From Octopus bimaculoides (lineage: Eukaryota): a DNA stretch of 64,000 nt. Below the pieces are notes generated by a model, which saw nothing but the letters and a program-made list of their open reading frames with translations, was not told the origin of the DNA and did no database searches. The position numbers and the translations under genes were made by a program. The stretch is taken from contig NC_068981.1 in NCBI RefSeq assembly GCF_001194135.2, forward strand, positions 153,729,782 to 153,793,781, read 5' to 3'. How positions within the stretch are numbered: position 1 is the stretch's first letter; each line of letters opens with the position of its first letter. Positions 48,926-63,852 of this stretch are shown in pieces.

Positions 48926-49796
48926 CAAATTCCACTCATGTGGCACTGTTTAATTTGAAGTTACAGTAAAAGACAATTGCTCAAGCTGCTGTGCAGCAGG
49001 ATTAAACTCAGATCCAATGCGACTGTGAAACAACTTCTTTGACCACACAGCTGTGTGTGTGTGTACATGACAAGGTTAGAGACTTAATAGATAGAATGGT
49101 AAGTAGTAGGTAGAGAAGCAGATAGAATAGGAAAGAGACAGATGGAGATAAATATAGATAGCTCTAAGAGATTTATATCTACCTATATATCTACACACAC
49201 TGAGTAAATTTGTATATTTGCTAAATTAAATTTCAATCTAAAAATAACTCTACAAGAAAGAAGCAATAAATTTGGTTGTAAAATGTATACATGATTAACT
49301 GGCCTCAATTCTAGGCCAATATTTATTCTATCAACGATGAAAGGCAAAATTTGAACTCTGATTGTGAAAAAAGAAAATGAATAAATAATAAATACCATAA
49401 CACATTTTATCTGACACTTCAATTCTACTAATCCATTTCCATAAGTGATGTGCGAACCATTTATTTAAATGATTCTTACTTTTATTTTGAAAATATGTCA
49501 TTGCATACTTTTAATAAGAGATGCAGCTCTTGTAACTATTTCATTTTAGAATTTTGAGAAGTTCAATGGAAGAAGCATGTTTTCCTTTTGCATTAAATCC
49601 TTGGCAAAAGACTTTGCAATCTAAATGCAAATTGTGTTACAGAATATTTTGAGAAGTTGTTCTTGGCATTCTGAATGACTTCTAATAAAATGTCTTAAAA
49701 AATGAGAAAAAGGACATAAATACAGAAGGAAATATATTTGCCAGTCCAAGAAGGACATCCAGGAAATGAAAAACAGTCGATTATTCGTGCGTGCGT

Positions 49797-49834
<38 letters not shown>

Positions 49835-49847
49835 ACATATATACACA

Positions 49848-50120
49848 TATCATCATCATCATCATCGTTTAACGTCCGCCTTCCATGCTAGCATGGGTTG
49901 GACGATTTGACTGAGGACTGGTGAAACCGGATGGCAACACCAGGCTCCAATCTAATTTGGCAGAGTTTCTACAGCTGGATGCCCTTCCTAACGCCAACCA
50001 CTCAGAGAGTGTAGTGGGTGCTTTTACGTGTCACCCGCACGAAAACGGCCACGCTCGAAATGGTGTCTTTTATGTGCCACCCGCACAAGAGCCAGTCCAG
50101 GGGCACCGGCAATGATCTTG
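49848..50120 (-). mobile_element. SINE family A, near-consensus copy
   Basis: catcatcatcatcgtttaacgtccgccttccatgctagcatggg... Confidence 0.88.
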
Positions 50121-50149
50121 CTCATATATAGATAGATAATATAGACATG

Positions 50150-50453
50150 TACATGATGGACTCTCCTGTTGAAGACCAAGTATGAGCATTCAGCTTTTGC
50201 CAAATAAGCTGCACAAATGATTTGTTTATACTGATCAAATGTTCATGCTACACATTAGCTCACTCCCTCCATCAAATTGACTTTGCATGAACAGGTGCAC
50301 AGTGTACCACATGTCAGGTGTCAAAGTGATTGCCGAGCAATACAAGATGAAGTGTTTTGCTCAAGAACACATTGCATTACCCAGTCTAGGAACTGAAACC
50401 ACAATCTCGCGATCATGAGTGCAACAACCTTAACCACTAAACCATGCACCCTC
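50150..50453 (-). mobile_element. tRNA-derived SINE (family-M-type head and core)
   Basis: aagtgttttgctcaagaacac core; head aaccactaaaccatgcaccctc. Confidence 0.7.
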
Positions 50454-53400
50454 ACAATAAAATGAAGGAGAATCCAAAGTGGAATTGGTGGTCTGCAATG
50501 GTAATACTGGTGTGATTTTGTAAAATCAACAAAGAGAACACTGATCTTGCCATGGGGAGTGGAAAATCTATTTCAGACAGAGCTTTTCTCCAGGAAGAAG
50601 TTGACAGGAGTGAAATTAAAAACAGACAATAGATGTTTACGTCTTCTAAGTTAGAAAAAATGATAAGGAACATAAGACCACAGGAGCTTCATGTGTGGAC
50701 AGGGCGTGGCAGGAGAGAGAGACTGAGAGAGGTAGATGGAAAAAGGAATGAAATGAGAACTGGGCTAAAGCAAAAGCGAGGTGAGAGAGCAGTTGAAGGT
50801 TGGGAAAGGGGTTACTAAATGAAGAGAAGGTGTAGGAGAACAAGAAAAAAACATTAATTTAAACCTGTCAGTGACAAGGTGCTAAATTCAAATATGAAAC
50901 ATTTCTGCAATATTCAGAGGATATGTAAAGAAACATGCAGTCACACACACACAGCATGAAAGACAAGTGTTAAATTATGATCATGACACACACATACAGA
51001 GAGAGACTTCTTTCAGTTCCCTTCTATCAAATCTACTCGCACGGTTTTGGTCAGCCCAGAGTTCTAGTAGAAAACACTTGCCCAAGATGCAGTATAGTGC
51101 AACTGAACACAAAACCATATGGTCTAGTGTATGCTTTGGTATAGTTTCCACAACTAGAGGACCTTCTGCCAATCAATCACTTTACAGCATTTATTGGGCA
51201 CTTTTTCATGGCACCAACATCAGTGAAGTCTCCGTCCAGCTTGCAAGACTAAACTAAACCCCTTCAATTGACTGGGGTTACAGTAAAGAGCAAGACAGCT
51301 TATGTCAGCTACATTATATGATTCACTAGAAATTGTTTAAATTGGAAAAATTTTTTAATATTTGCTAGTTAAATAGATTTTTTAGAGCAACATAGATTAA
51401 AAATAATGTTTATTTTCCTGGTTTAATATTTTTACTGTCACTGATCTCTGTCACTCCAGTCTTGCAACTAACACCTATTCAACACCAATGTTTTATTCCT
51501 TCTTGGACATTTATATTGCATTTCTGTCACCAAATTCCAATGGGATATCATACGCAAAATCATTATTTTAAAAACTTATGAAAAATCTTTTCTTTTGCAA
51601 AAGAAATTGCAATCAAAATAATGACAAATATTAATCATTTAACAATGACTAATATTTATTTAATGAAGGTAATTAACATATTGATAAATGAAACAGAATA
51701 ATCATATAAGCTTCCTTCTGAATACAAATTTTGAAGCATTGCCATGTTTACAAGTGGTCAGAAAGTTAGTCTAATTATCTTTTAACAATAGAAAGGCCTT
51801 TCTTCTGCTTCCAGTTTTAACCAAACGGAATTATGGAACAACCAACAAGTATCAACTGTGACTGCTTGATTGCTAGCCAACATAAGATCTCCTTAACAGC
51901 TAATACAACACAGAACAAAAACTAGTTCTTATCTTCCATGTCAACAGCTAAAGACAGCAGTACTTTTCTGTAGATAACAGCATTGGCATTTAATAAAAAT
52001 AAATCTAAATGCTGCAAAACAAGTGAAGCAGAAATGCCAACAGCCTACAGACAGACTACTTTAGCTATTTCCACCCCAACCTCTAACACATGAGCAAAGT
52101 AGACATTCAGTTGGTAATGTCCTCCTATCTAATAATTAATGGAGGATTTATTAAATGGACTGATATGTTTCTATCAAGAGCTAATACTTGGCAAAAATGG
52201 GAAGAACAAAGGATACTAACCTAAATCTCTTGATAAACCAACCTGCCTGAGATTGACTGTCATTCTCATGAATATAAAAATTCCTCATTCTAAAGTATTC
52301 ATATTTCAATTAAAATTCCAATAATTTTATGTAACAACCTTTTTTGTCCAAACACCAGATTAATAATGAAAAAGTTATTTCTTAAATCATTCCAAATTTT
52401 GGGATTTTCAAATTTTATTGAACTATGAGAACAATATATTTCATTAGAAATATGGCCACACAAGGGTTAATTAAGTTAGAACTAATTTAGAATATCCCAA
52501 AGATATAGAGAAAAGCAATATCAAGCTAACTGAAATTATAATTCAACATCTTGTGTGTAAATAATCCTTTCTACTATAAGCACAAGGCCTGAAACTTTTG
52601 GGGAGGGAGCTAGTCGATTACAGCAACCCCAGTGCGTAATTAGTACTTATTTCATCAACCCTGGAAGGATGAAAGGCAAATCAACCTTGGTGGAATTTGA
52701 ACTCAAAACAAAGACAGAGACGAAATGCTGCTAAGCACTTTGCCCAACATGCTAACGATTCTGCCAAATGCACAAACACACATAAATTTGACTGAATAAT
52801 ATATATAGGCCCAATTTCTTTAAACAGAAAATCTAAAATCAGCATATCCTAACACTTTAATGCTCATACCAACATCGTAAGACATCACACAAACCACATT
52901 TGCTGTGTCTTGACAACATCATTATTTAATGTCCATGTTCTGCAGTTTAGACAATGCAACAGAATCCAACAAGCCTGAAGGTGTTGGTCTCCTGTGTCTG
53001 TTTCGGCAAGGTTTTTACACCTGGTTGCCCTTCTTAATGCCAGCCACATCACAGAGTGCATTGAATGTCTTTTTTGTAGAACCAGCACTCGTGAGGTCAC
53101 TAAGTAACTTGACAGACAAAACTCCTTCACAGAGTGGGGATGCAGTATTGAGGAAGGTGGCTTTGCACTAGATGCAGAGGAGCTGAAGTAGGAAGGAGAA
53201 ACATTACGCAATGTCACTTAACACTAAAACAATGATGTTAAGTACATGCTAAAGCTGGAAGTTAATAATTCCAGAAGTTCTCACAAGTTGGAAATACACA
53301 TGCACTAATAAAGAAATGTAGTGTGAGAAACTAAGTCAAAAGTTCAGTGATATTTAATGCAGTAAACTAGGTGACATATCAGTTTCAATTAGTGTTCCAT

Positions 53401-54014
53401 TGTACTAGAATAGTTACTACAAAGATCTTAATCCATAGCAACCCAAATGGAGGATGCACATTATTATAGCACATTTGAGATGTAAATAGTCCAAAAGCTT
53501 GATCAATACTCAGAACAGTAAATTAATGGAATTGATAGTTATGTCTCATTACATTCTATTCCATCAGAGCTGGCTGTCTCTTTCATCACCACAGGGTTGT
53601 ATAGTTATACAAAAAATTTACCCAAAATACCTAAAATGCTAAGAAACTCATTGACAATCCAAAATTGATTAAAAATTATATATACATATATATCTTCAGG
53701 TACTATGAACACCGTTGTCAGCATATAGAAACCAACACCATCCATAATCTTGTAAAGTAATTTCAACTTGTTTTTGTGTTTTTTCAGCCAAGTCTAAACA
53801 GACATTTTTTTATACAAACATTACATAAAAGTTTTGTATACTTTATACAGATCCCCAGTAATGTATCAACTAACATTGATTAATGGTTAGTTAGTTCAGG
53901 TTGGAAGCAGAGAAGGTAGGTAGAACATTAACATAAAATAAGAGAGTGTAAATGCTTTAAGATATCTTAATGGTGGCCAGCTTCCACACAGCACAAGTTA
54001 ATGCTTAAGCAAGT

Positions 54015-54460
54015 CAACAAATAGTTGAGCAAAACAGAATCTCAGACAAATGGATTCTTTTTTTTCTTTCTTCCCACACAAATAACATCAAATTATCTTC
54101 ATTATAATGAGTGATACTTTACCAGATCTAACAAAAATTTGAAACCAAAATTTAATATTTAACATGTAAACACACTTATAACACTTCACAACAAATGAAG
54201 TGCCCTATCTACATTAATATGAATTAAGCAGGACTAAGTAAAACTATCTGCTATCAACCCATACAGCCTATCATTCAAAAATTATATTTAACTTTATCAT
54301 ACTAAGTTTTCCTGCCATTCTAGCAACTTATCTGCCTCAAATAATATTTAATTAGGTGAGCATCAATAGATTTCATCAAGCTAATTCTTCCCTTTAGATA
54401 TTTACTTAATAAAATTTGTTTTAACACTTTACCTATGGTTTTGATGAATCTACAAAAAAT
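54015..54460 (-). repeat. ~460-bp interspersed element, copy 2
   Basis: Shares exact words with copy 1, e.g. agttgagcaaaacagaat, cacacttataacacttcacaa, agcaacttatctgcctcaaat, tttcatcaagctaatt, ctatggttttgatg. Confidence 0.6.
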
Positions 54461-55019
54461 TTTGGCTACCCTAGCTCTATGCAGTTATCCAACATGCAAG
54501 AAATAGTAACCATATCTCAAAGAACCAGGATACATTACGGCAATTAAAAAGAAAAACAGGCTTGTTACACTTGGAATGTCATTGGTCATAAGTCTGTCCA
54601 ATGAGGGCTGATTTAAGACTAACAACAAATGCTTATACAATAAATCCAAATTGAAGCCATGTATTAATATACAAATAAATATAGTACTTAATCTGAATGA
54701 CAGAAAAGAAAGAAGTATGAAACTTCTACATTGAGGGATTTCAGAACAAATAATAAGAATGGAATCAGTCCATCTATTGTTATAGATGGACTGCTAGTTA
54801 TAAGGACCTTACAGAAAGTGGAATATATAGCAATTCAGTACAAAAGCTAGGAATGCTTTAGGACTTTTGTGTTACTGTGAACATCAAGGATAGTAATTTA
54901 TACTAAATTGCTTAGCTAATGAGATGTACAGGAAAATGTTATTCTTAAACTAAAACTAAGTGTACCAGATGATGCACTAGAAAAGCAATCATGAAACAAA
55001 GATTATGAAATGTAAAAGT

Positions 55020-55200
55020 AGTAAAATTATGTTACTGATATTAGAGCTGCAAGCAGTGTTTGAGATGAGATAAGTTCAAGGAATTGATATATCTAACATG
55101 AAGGAAAGGTTTCTCCCTCAGACAAAAGATAAATTAAATGTGAAAGAAATGCGATGCTTATATAGCAGTGAAACGTGGAAGTAGAGACTCTAAAATAACC
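55020..55200 (+). mobile_element. Probable RTE-like LINE remnant
   Basis: Fragments resembling W.KFKEL..LT.KGFSLR.K and MLYSSETW of the RTE post-RT region, with many indels. Confidence 0.35.
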
Positions 55201-55968
55201 AAAGAGAAACAAAATAATTATTTTGTTGGGTGTGCTGCTAACTTAAAAAGAAGGTTCAGCACAAAAACAAAAATTGAAAAGGCAAATGGATATCAAGCCC
55301 AAGCCTATGAGAAAGTTGAGTATACTATTGTTGTAAATGAATAAGATAAATGAATATTGAAAGCAGGATAAATAAAAGAAGAATGGCTTGGTAATAGGTA
55401 ATCTTCAGTAAAAATAAAAATTAAAAGTAGAGAGGATAGTGGGCAAAATAATCAGATCAAAACTGATAATATTGAAACATGGTCGAGATACATAAATGGA
55501 TGTTGTATTCTGTCCATGCCAGTAAAGCAAAAATGTTAAAAAGATAATAGGGTTTGTTGTTCATGCACTTACACTTAACAAATAGTTAAAAAATGCCAAA
55601 AAAATTGACAAACTGCCAACATTCTAGTAGCGTCAACTTCCCATTTTGTCAGTAATGATTTATAAACTAAACGGTAGTGCTGAACAATAAAAATGTCTAT
55701 TTTCTACTCCTTAGCTTGCTAAAACAAATTTCAAACTTTAAACCATCAAAATAATGAGTTCACCAGTTAATATTTGATTTTTTATAAAATGCACAACATT
55801 GAGTGTTCTTCGTGAAATGACAGAGACCAAAAGAAAGTAAACCGAATAAAATATGCTACATAATGGTTAATTGCTGTTGTAAAAAAATCATGAATCTATA
55901 TTTTACTAGGATAAAAGTCAACTTTCTTAAAGAACGTGTTGATCTTCATATAGTTCTAGAAATTTTGT

Positions 55969-56007
<39 letters not shown>

Positions 56008-56461
56008 NNNNNNNNNNNNNNNNNNNNNNNNNNNNNNNNNNNNNNNNNNNNNNNNNNNNNNNNNNNNNNNNNNNNNNNNNNNNNNNNNNNNNNNNNNNNN
56101 NNNNNNNNNNNNNNNNNNNNNNNNNNNNNNNNNNNNNNNNNNNNNNNNNNNNNNNNNNNNNNNNNNNNNNNNNNNNNNNNNNNNNNNNNNNNNNNNNNNN
56201 NNNNNNNNNNNNNNNNNNNNNNNNNNNNNNNNNNNNNNNNNNNNNNNNNNNNNNNNNNNNNNNNNNNNNNNNNNNNNNNNNNNNNNNNNNNNNNNNNNNN
56301 NNNNNNNNNNNNNNNNNNNNNNNNNNNNNNNNNNTCATCCTCCCACAATCATAATAGAACAGGAAGTGATAGGGCTTAAAATCACGATTTTCTATTCAAT
56401 AAGCTGATATCTAATTCAATTTAATTAGCCATTGCAAATTCTTCCTTTTAATCAATAATTC

Positions 56462-56524
<63 letters not shown>

Positions 56525-56526
<2 letters not shown>

Positions 56527-56655
56527 GCCGTTGCCAGTACCGCCTGACTGGCCTTCGTGCGGGTGACACATAAAAGCACCCACTACACTCTCTGAGTGGT
56601 TGGCGTTAGGAAGGGCATCCAGCTGTAGAAACTCTACCAAATCATGATGATGATA
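56525..56655 (+). mobile_element. SINE family A copy with internal deletion
   Basis: Core present, then jumps from actctaccaaatca directly to the tgatgatgat tail. Confidence 0.75.
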
Positions 56656-58396
56656 TATATAAATTTACAAACCAGTTCAAGCTGAAAACAACCATCCCAA
56701 ACAGCGAGCAAACTCACTCACAGCTACTGAAAACAGGAGTGACTTGGGAAAACTAATTATTAATTAAGTAAGCAGCAATATAAGCATTTATTTGGATATG
56801 AATTGATTCAGTCAAGTTTTAAAATTTATAAACATCCCATTTTGTCAAGATTACAAATAAAAAAAACATACACTAGCAAGAATTTATTGTATCTTTTCTT
56901 TAAAAAAAAAACATAATAGAAAAAAAAGACAAACACAAAAAAAAACTAAGAATGCAAACATGAGTAAATGTCGACCTTCAAATGAGATTAAATACCATGT
57001 TGCTATATCTTGTTAACTAAACATTAGTTGCTTGTTCCTTGTGAGTGAAAAGTCTTCACATGTAATAATTTTGAAAATGACTCATTGCATTAACCCTTAT
57101 ACAATCTCCACCAAACTTTGTATGAGTCAATATTAAGCAGCACCTGCAGCATCAACCAGTAAATACTACACATACATCATAGCCTTGGACAATCTAACTG
57201 ACGCTAGGTAAACTTCACTGTGAAATACATTGAAAAATATTAGGAATATAATTTCCCAAAATAGTTTATGAGGACAATATTTTCAGGTTCAAAACAAAAC
57301 AAAAATCTGTTTTTGTTATTGAACAGCAAAGAGACATTGGTTAACAGCTTCTCTATCACAAGCTAATGAAGAACCACACAGGTGCAGTTGCTTACCCTGT
57401 TAGAAACAGCAGCTAAATTTCCCTACAATCACATTGTCTTAAATAAGTGAAGGACACCTTAGATCATGCAGTGCAGTATACCCTAAAAAGAAGATGGGAA
57501 TGGTTGTGATTGAAATGCTTATTGTGATCATAGGTTAGCTTGGTCAAGGCTGATTTGTACTAAAACATAACACCCTATCTATTGCCAGTAAATAATACTG
57601 TTCTTCTGGATTAGATCTCTCTTATTAAGAAGGTATAATAAAATCAAAGGATAACTAAAATTAGAATATGAAAAAAAATATAGCAATGTAAGACCTTCTA
57701 AACAGAGTAAGATTTGTTAATACATAGAATAAAACACAGAATATCAGAAAGGGAAATCAATGGAGCAAAACTAGTTTTTCTAACACAATATTGATCGATT
57801 TGCTAGATAATGCTAAACAGCTGTTTCTCTCTGAAATGAGAGGAAAATTCCAAATTCTAAAATAAATTCACAATAAAATACATTTTCCTGACATAGAATC
57901 ATACAGAAAATAACTGAAAGTTGGAAATATTATATTCACTCAACAAACCACTGCCTATAAATGATTCATTTAAGCAGAAAAAAGGCTTCTGAGAGACACA
58001 CCCAATTGAAATAAACCAAAACACATTTCAATCTTTATTTGCAATTTTGCTTTAGTTAAATGGTTATGCATCATTCCATTTTTTAGTGTTTAAAATGAAA
58101 TTAGCGTTCAGGTTATATTAGCAACAACAATTTTTTTTTTTTTTTTTAAACTGATGAACTTCAGAATTTCTCTCAATTGTAGACTCATCCCTAGTTTATT
58201 AAAACATTTACATTTCATCTAAAAGGAGTTATTTCCCCCACCCTCTTTCTATTTATTTTACGTTTCCCACACTGAAGCAAAAATTCAGACATTCCTATAA
58301 TTGATTGGAAAAAAGAATTTTCTGCTTTTCTGAACACCAATCAATATGACCCAAGAACAAGGAAATCCAGTTGACTGATTAACAAGTCAATCACTG

Positions 58397-58431
<35 letters not shown>

Positions 58432-61400
58432 TTTTGTTATGAAATTAATAAAGTATACTGCTACATGAGAATGTCATCGATAATGTTCATTAAATCTGTT
58501 TTAACTGGAGTGCAACCATATTGGGGGACCACCTTGAGTTTTAACAAAACAAATCAACCCCAGTACTTATTATATCAGTCCCTTTTGACAAACTGCTAAG
58601 CTACAAGAACACAAATAAACCAACACTAGTTGTCCAGCAATGCAGGAGAACAAACACAAAAACACACAAACACACACATTCTTTCTCGGAATTTGTTCTT
58701 AACCTACATAATCAACATTTTCTATTGAAAAAGGGTTTTTCAACCCAATGTTTACATGCTATTATTAATAACTTAATATGTATTTCAAGAACCAATTCCA
58801 AGAAAGAATTATTCCATGTTCTCTCAGAAGTTTATAAATTCTTATGATATCAACAACACACACATACACACACAAAATGGGTTTCCACACAATTTCTGTC
58901 AACCAAATTCACTCACAAGGCATTGGTTGACACAGGGCTACAGCAGGAGACACTTGCTCAAGGTGCTGTGCAATGGGCCTGAACTTGAAACTATGTGGTT
59001 GCAAAACAAGCTTGTTAACCACACAGCCATTCCCATGTCTATCATCATTCATTTAGCATCCATTTTCCATGTTGGCATGCATCAGATGGTTTGACTGGAG
59101 CTGGTTTGTACAGCCAGATGCCCTTCCTAAAACCAACCACACCACAACGTACTGGGTGCCTTTCACATGTCACCAGCACAGGTGCCTTTCATGTGTCACT
59201 GACACTGGCCATACATATTTCAAAATAAAAAAGAAAAAAAAAAGAATAAACTGATATAAGAAAAAGAAAAAAACTCAGCATGAATGAGTTTCATATATTT
59301 AAGTCTCATAATTTAAAATCAGAGACAATATGCCAACCCCTGATTCAACAAGCTATTGCAGAATGCTGAAACAAACCAAAGAAATTTTTTAATATTTTAC
59401 GAATGTGATGTTGTTGATGCTACCTTTATTACCATTAAAAGGGTCAATTGTATTCTGTTTTATCAACTTTCAGTTACAAGAAAAATTGGCAGTCTAATTG
59501 AATATTGGAAGTCAATTATCCAATAAGAACCACCAGAAGCAAGATTTTCTCTTTTCTTTAAAATGATAGCAAATCGATAAGAAGATACATTTGTAATCCT
59601 TTCATGTGTAAAGTGAATCTTAGGAGGCAATTAGAAATTAGAGACATCAAATATGCTTTGTGACACAATAGACATGTGGGCATTAGATCAGATCATTATC
59701 ATCATCATCATAAGCAGCACTATGACAACTGTACACATTCTAACTAAATAAAAATCATTTATTCCCTTCAGGGCTCTCCCTAATTGAGGTTGAATCATGT
59801 ACATTAAACTCGGAGAAGGTAACACCAATATGTTTGGGGGTGGAAGGGAACAGAGTATATGATGCCAACCATTTCAGCATTTGAGGAGGATGAAAAATAT
59901 ACATAAATAAGAAAATACATGGCAACCAGATTGAGAGAAACAGAATTTATTTAAACCTATCTAACAGTGATAAAGGTAATGGAGGAAGAGGGAGAGAGAG
60001 AGAGGGGGGGGACAACGTTAGTATGATCACAAGACCAAAGAGTATATCATTTTCCTTTCATTTCATCATAGCTTAGTAATGCCCATGTATTGACAGAAAT
60101 TCCAAATATATATATATAGATAGATAGGTAGGTATAGATACACACAGAGATGCAGCCATGCATAAGACATGTGCAAAAATAACACCACCCACTAATGTGG
60201 AGACTATACATACACACACACATACACCTACAAGTATATATAATTTATTTGCTCCCTTTTATTACCAAGGTGTTTTATTTTCCTCTGCTAGCATAGGATG
60301 GATGGGTAAGCTATTCCATTCATAAACCTTTATTTATTTATCATTCATTTATTTTGCAAGGAAAGGACGTTTTATACCACTACTTTAACAGCACAGATCT
60401 AGAGGAAATAAGGTTCACTTGAAGTTAAACATGACAACATAGGTGTTGTTTTTCTTTTTTTGTGGGGGTGTTTTGTTTTGTTGAGATACTATTACATGAG
60501 AAGTAAAAATATCAACTTTTATGCATGTACCCACATAGATATATGCATACAACATTACATATAAATTACATACACACACACAAATGTAGCTATATGGAAA
60601 CTAATGTACTAAATCACATCATCGTCATCTAATGTTTTCCATGCTGGGTAGTTCAACAGGAGCTGGTGAGCCAGGAGTGCACCAAGCTCCAATGTCTGCT
60701 TTGACATGGTTTCTACAGCTAGATGCCTTCCCTAATCCTAATTACTTTACAGGGTGCTTTTTATGTGTACTGGCACTAGAGATATTACCAAGTAACTTAC
60801 AAGGCAAGACCTCCTCAACTGAGAAAAGGGAGCAGTATTGAAGGAGGTGGCTTTAAACCAGATGATGAGAGGTTAAGAATGATAGAGGGTGGCAGGGAAA
60901 GGTGTTTTACTGTAGGGGAAATAAATGGTTACCTCAACTGGAAGAGGAGGAGGACGGTGGTGGTGAAGGTGTTTCAGGGCATACCCCTCAAGTTACAGAA
61001 AGACAAATAAAGAGAAGTGGTGTGGGCAGATAAGTTTGTGGGAGAATGAAAGGTAAGTAGTGGTAGACCAACACACATATTTGTAATTTTTAACAGTTCA
61101 CTAATTAACTCATTAACAATAAAAAAAAACAGAACTAATCTTATATAAACTAGCATGAATTCAAGTAAAGTTTCTTGAGTGGTTATGAAAATCAACAATG
61201 GATAAACTGAAATGTAAAAGAGAAGAATTTCTGGAGGAGAACCCACACAACACTGACCAGAATTAAATTCCCTATAGAGTTTCTTAGACATACTTCATTG
61301 CAAAAAATTTCCCTGTCCAGTTTTGGTTATAACCATAGTTATATAGATATCATCAAATGTATGTAGATGGATGGATAACTGGACTTGGAATCCCTCGAAA

Positions 61401-62303
61401 TAGAAACTAATATTTATTAAGATAGGTCAGTATTTTACTTAATGTTGTTATAAGTATAAATCTGTAAATTTTTCCAAGACTGCACACTAAGTAATGGAGA
61501 AAATGTCTGGATTCACTGAATACAAAAGAATGTTGCAATAGACTAGGACTTGTCTTTTGATCTAGTTTTCAAATCGCTATCATTCCTACCACTCTCCTCC
61601 TCCTCTCTGTATCTCTCTCGATGTATGTCTCTCATTCTCTATTCCACTGTGCGAAGGAGAGAAAAAAGACTAAAGAGAGACTGAAAGAGAAAGAAAACAG
61701 GGCTTGACATGACACAAATGTACCACTTTCCCCATCACCAACGTTCTCTATTTCTATCTATTCCACTCATCAAGAGAGACAGCAAGAGAAAAAGATTGAT
61801 ATGACTAATCCATTTCAACTGTCTTTCTATAGCTCCTTCCATGACAAACACTAGGGTGTAACTTGAGGGAGATTTAACAACTTTTTCAAAAAATAAGTAT
61901 TACACAAATCTTCCCAGAGAGGTGACAATAATATATATGATTTTATCAGAGTTCCTCTTAAAGTTTCTGAATACAAGACATGGATATGGCCTCTGTGTGC
62001 ACATGCAATTATGTTTCAGTTGAATATGTGTCCCCTTGTCTTGACATCATGAGCCTCATCAACTATATAGATGTTATTGTTTCAAATCTACCATGAATGA
62101 CATGTGGCCTACAGAAAATATTTACTTAGAAACTGGTTAGGGTTGGTAACATGAAGGGCATTCAGCTGTAGAAATTCTACCTCAATGAATTCTGACCCAT
62201 GCCAGCATGGATAAGTGAACATTAAAATGATGATATATATACATATTATATATATTATAAGAGTTTTTTTTTGTTTTTGTTTTTTTACATGAAATTCCCT
62301 TAC

Positions 62304-62389
62304 CTTTCAGAGCAGAAAGATTCAGCACCTCCTTTGGTCACATGACTACATGGAGACTTTCTATCATGATCAACACTGTAGTTTTTAAT
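62304..62389 (-). CDS. Candidate upstream RalGPS exon (86 nt, phase 0-2): IKNYSVDHDRKSPCSHVTKGGAESFCSE(R)
   Basis: Strong acceptor atgttttttcttccag and donor AAG|GTAAGG; open in the frame that continues into the 31110 exon. Could instead be a 5'UTR exon. Confidence 0.55.
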
Positions 62390-62547
62390 CTGGAAGAAAA
62401 AACATTTAACTAATTAAAATATAATACACAAAGTAGATGAACTTTCAGCTAATCTCTTCATCACTAATGTGTTTTTGATGTTTTTTTATAACGGACACTT
62501 CATTACAATACCAACACCATATTGCAACAATTATTCACATATATATA

Positions 62548-62645
<98 letters not shown>

Positions 62646-63597
62646 ACATGCGCTTTGTTTTTCTTTTTGTATTGGCATCATTGTTTTTTGAGTTGGCTGG
62701 TACCACTTATTGGTACTATCTTAAATACTATGTAACAAAACATATCTGAAAAGAAATTCTGATTTTACCTTTCAAAATCTAGTTCCGAAGGATCTAGAAA
62801 AGCTCATAGGCACAGCCTGGCTCACTGACTAAACTGCAATAAAATTCAAACCCTGCAGTTAAATGGAAGATTAGGGAACAAAAAGATGCCACTGCCAGGA
62901 ATGTGATATAAACCAATCTAAAGCCCACCTTCAGCAATACAGTAATATTCCAGTCAATAATATTGCTTATACATAGTCGCTCATCATGCAGAAATAGTAG
63001 CTAAATATCTCTCCAATTACACCCGACTGTCATAAAAAAAAAAAGGACAGATTGAATTAATAGTCCTCACTACATTATGCTTTGGAGGAGAAAAAAAAAA
63101 GACAGGTTGGTCACAGCTAGAATGCTTCCACTGGCAGCCTATTCAGTCAGGGCAAATCTGAAGTAGCAACAAGACACACTAATAAAAATAACTATTAGCT
63201 CATACCATTCTTCTCACCACATTAATATCAATTAATTCTTCACTCCACAGACAATTTGAAATGAGAAAGAAAATTACCTGCTCAACTGACTAAACAACAA
63301 ACAGTTTAGTAGCTTAAAGTTGTGAATTTGAATTTTGTCAAAATTACCTTTGCTTTTCATACAACTGAATGAAGAAAATAACATACTCGCATAACTTGTC
63401 AAAAAAAAAATAATAAAGTCTACCTACAATGCCAAGTATTTGGGCTACTTTCAAGCATTTAATTGGCTACTTTTTGTGACAAGTCTGCTCAACCAGAATT
63501 CAATAGCAATGTAGGCAAAATTAATTCAAATTTGGATAAAATATTTTTACATTTAAGTACCTTTGTGAAATCACATCCATATACACACATACAGCAT

Positions 63598-63852
63598 TGT
63601 TGGCACTCCCTTAATGTAGATCTCAGGGATATTCAGCGTGACAAGGCTGGCCCTTTGAATTCCAGGCACAACAGAAACAGGAAGTAAGAGTGAGAGAAAG
63701 TTATGGTGAAAGAGTACAGTAGGGTTCGCCAGCATCCCCTGCTGGAGCCTCGTGGAGCTTTAGGTGTTTTCGCTCAATAAACACTCACAACGCCCGGCCT
63801 GGGAATCGAAACCGCGAGTTCGCTACCATAAGCACTGGGCCATTGCGCCTCC
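63598..63852 (-). mobile_element. tRNA-derived SINE family M with internal deletion and 15-bp TSD
   Basis: Colinear with 21978-22360 minus about 100 bp; acacacatacagcat at 63583-63597 and 63853-63867. Confidence 0.88.

Noticed and set aside
62769-62852. 84-nt exon-like segment (ctgcag...AAG|GTAAAA)
   Set aside because: Stops in the frame needed to join 62389; could only be UTR and has no other support.
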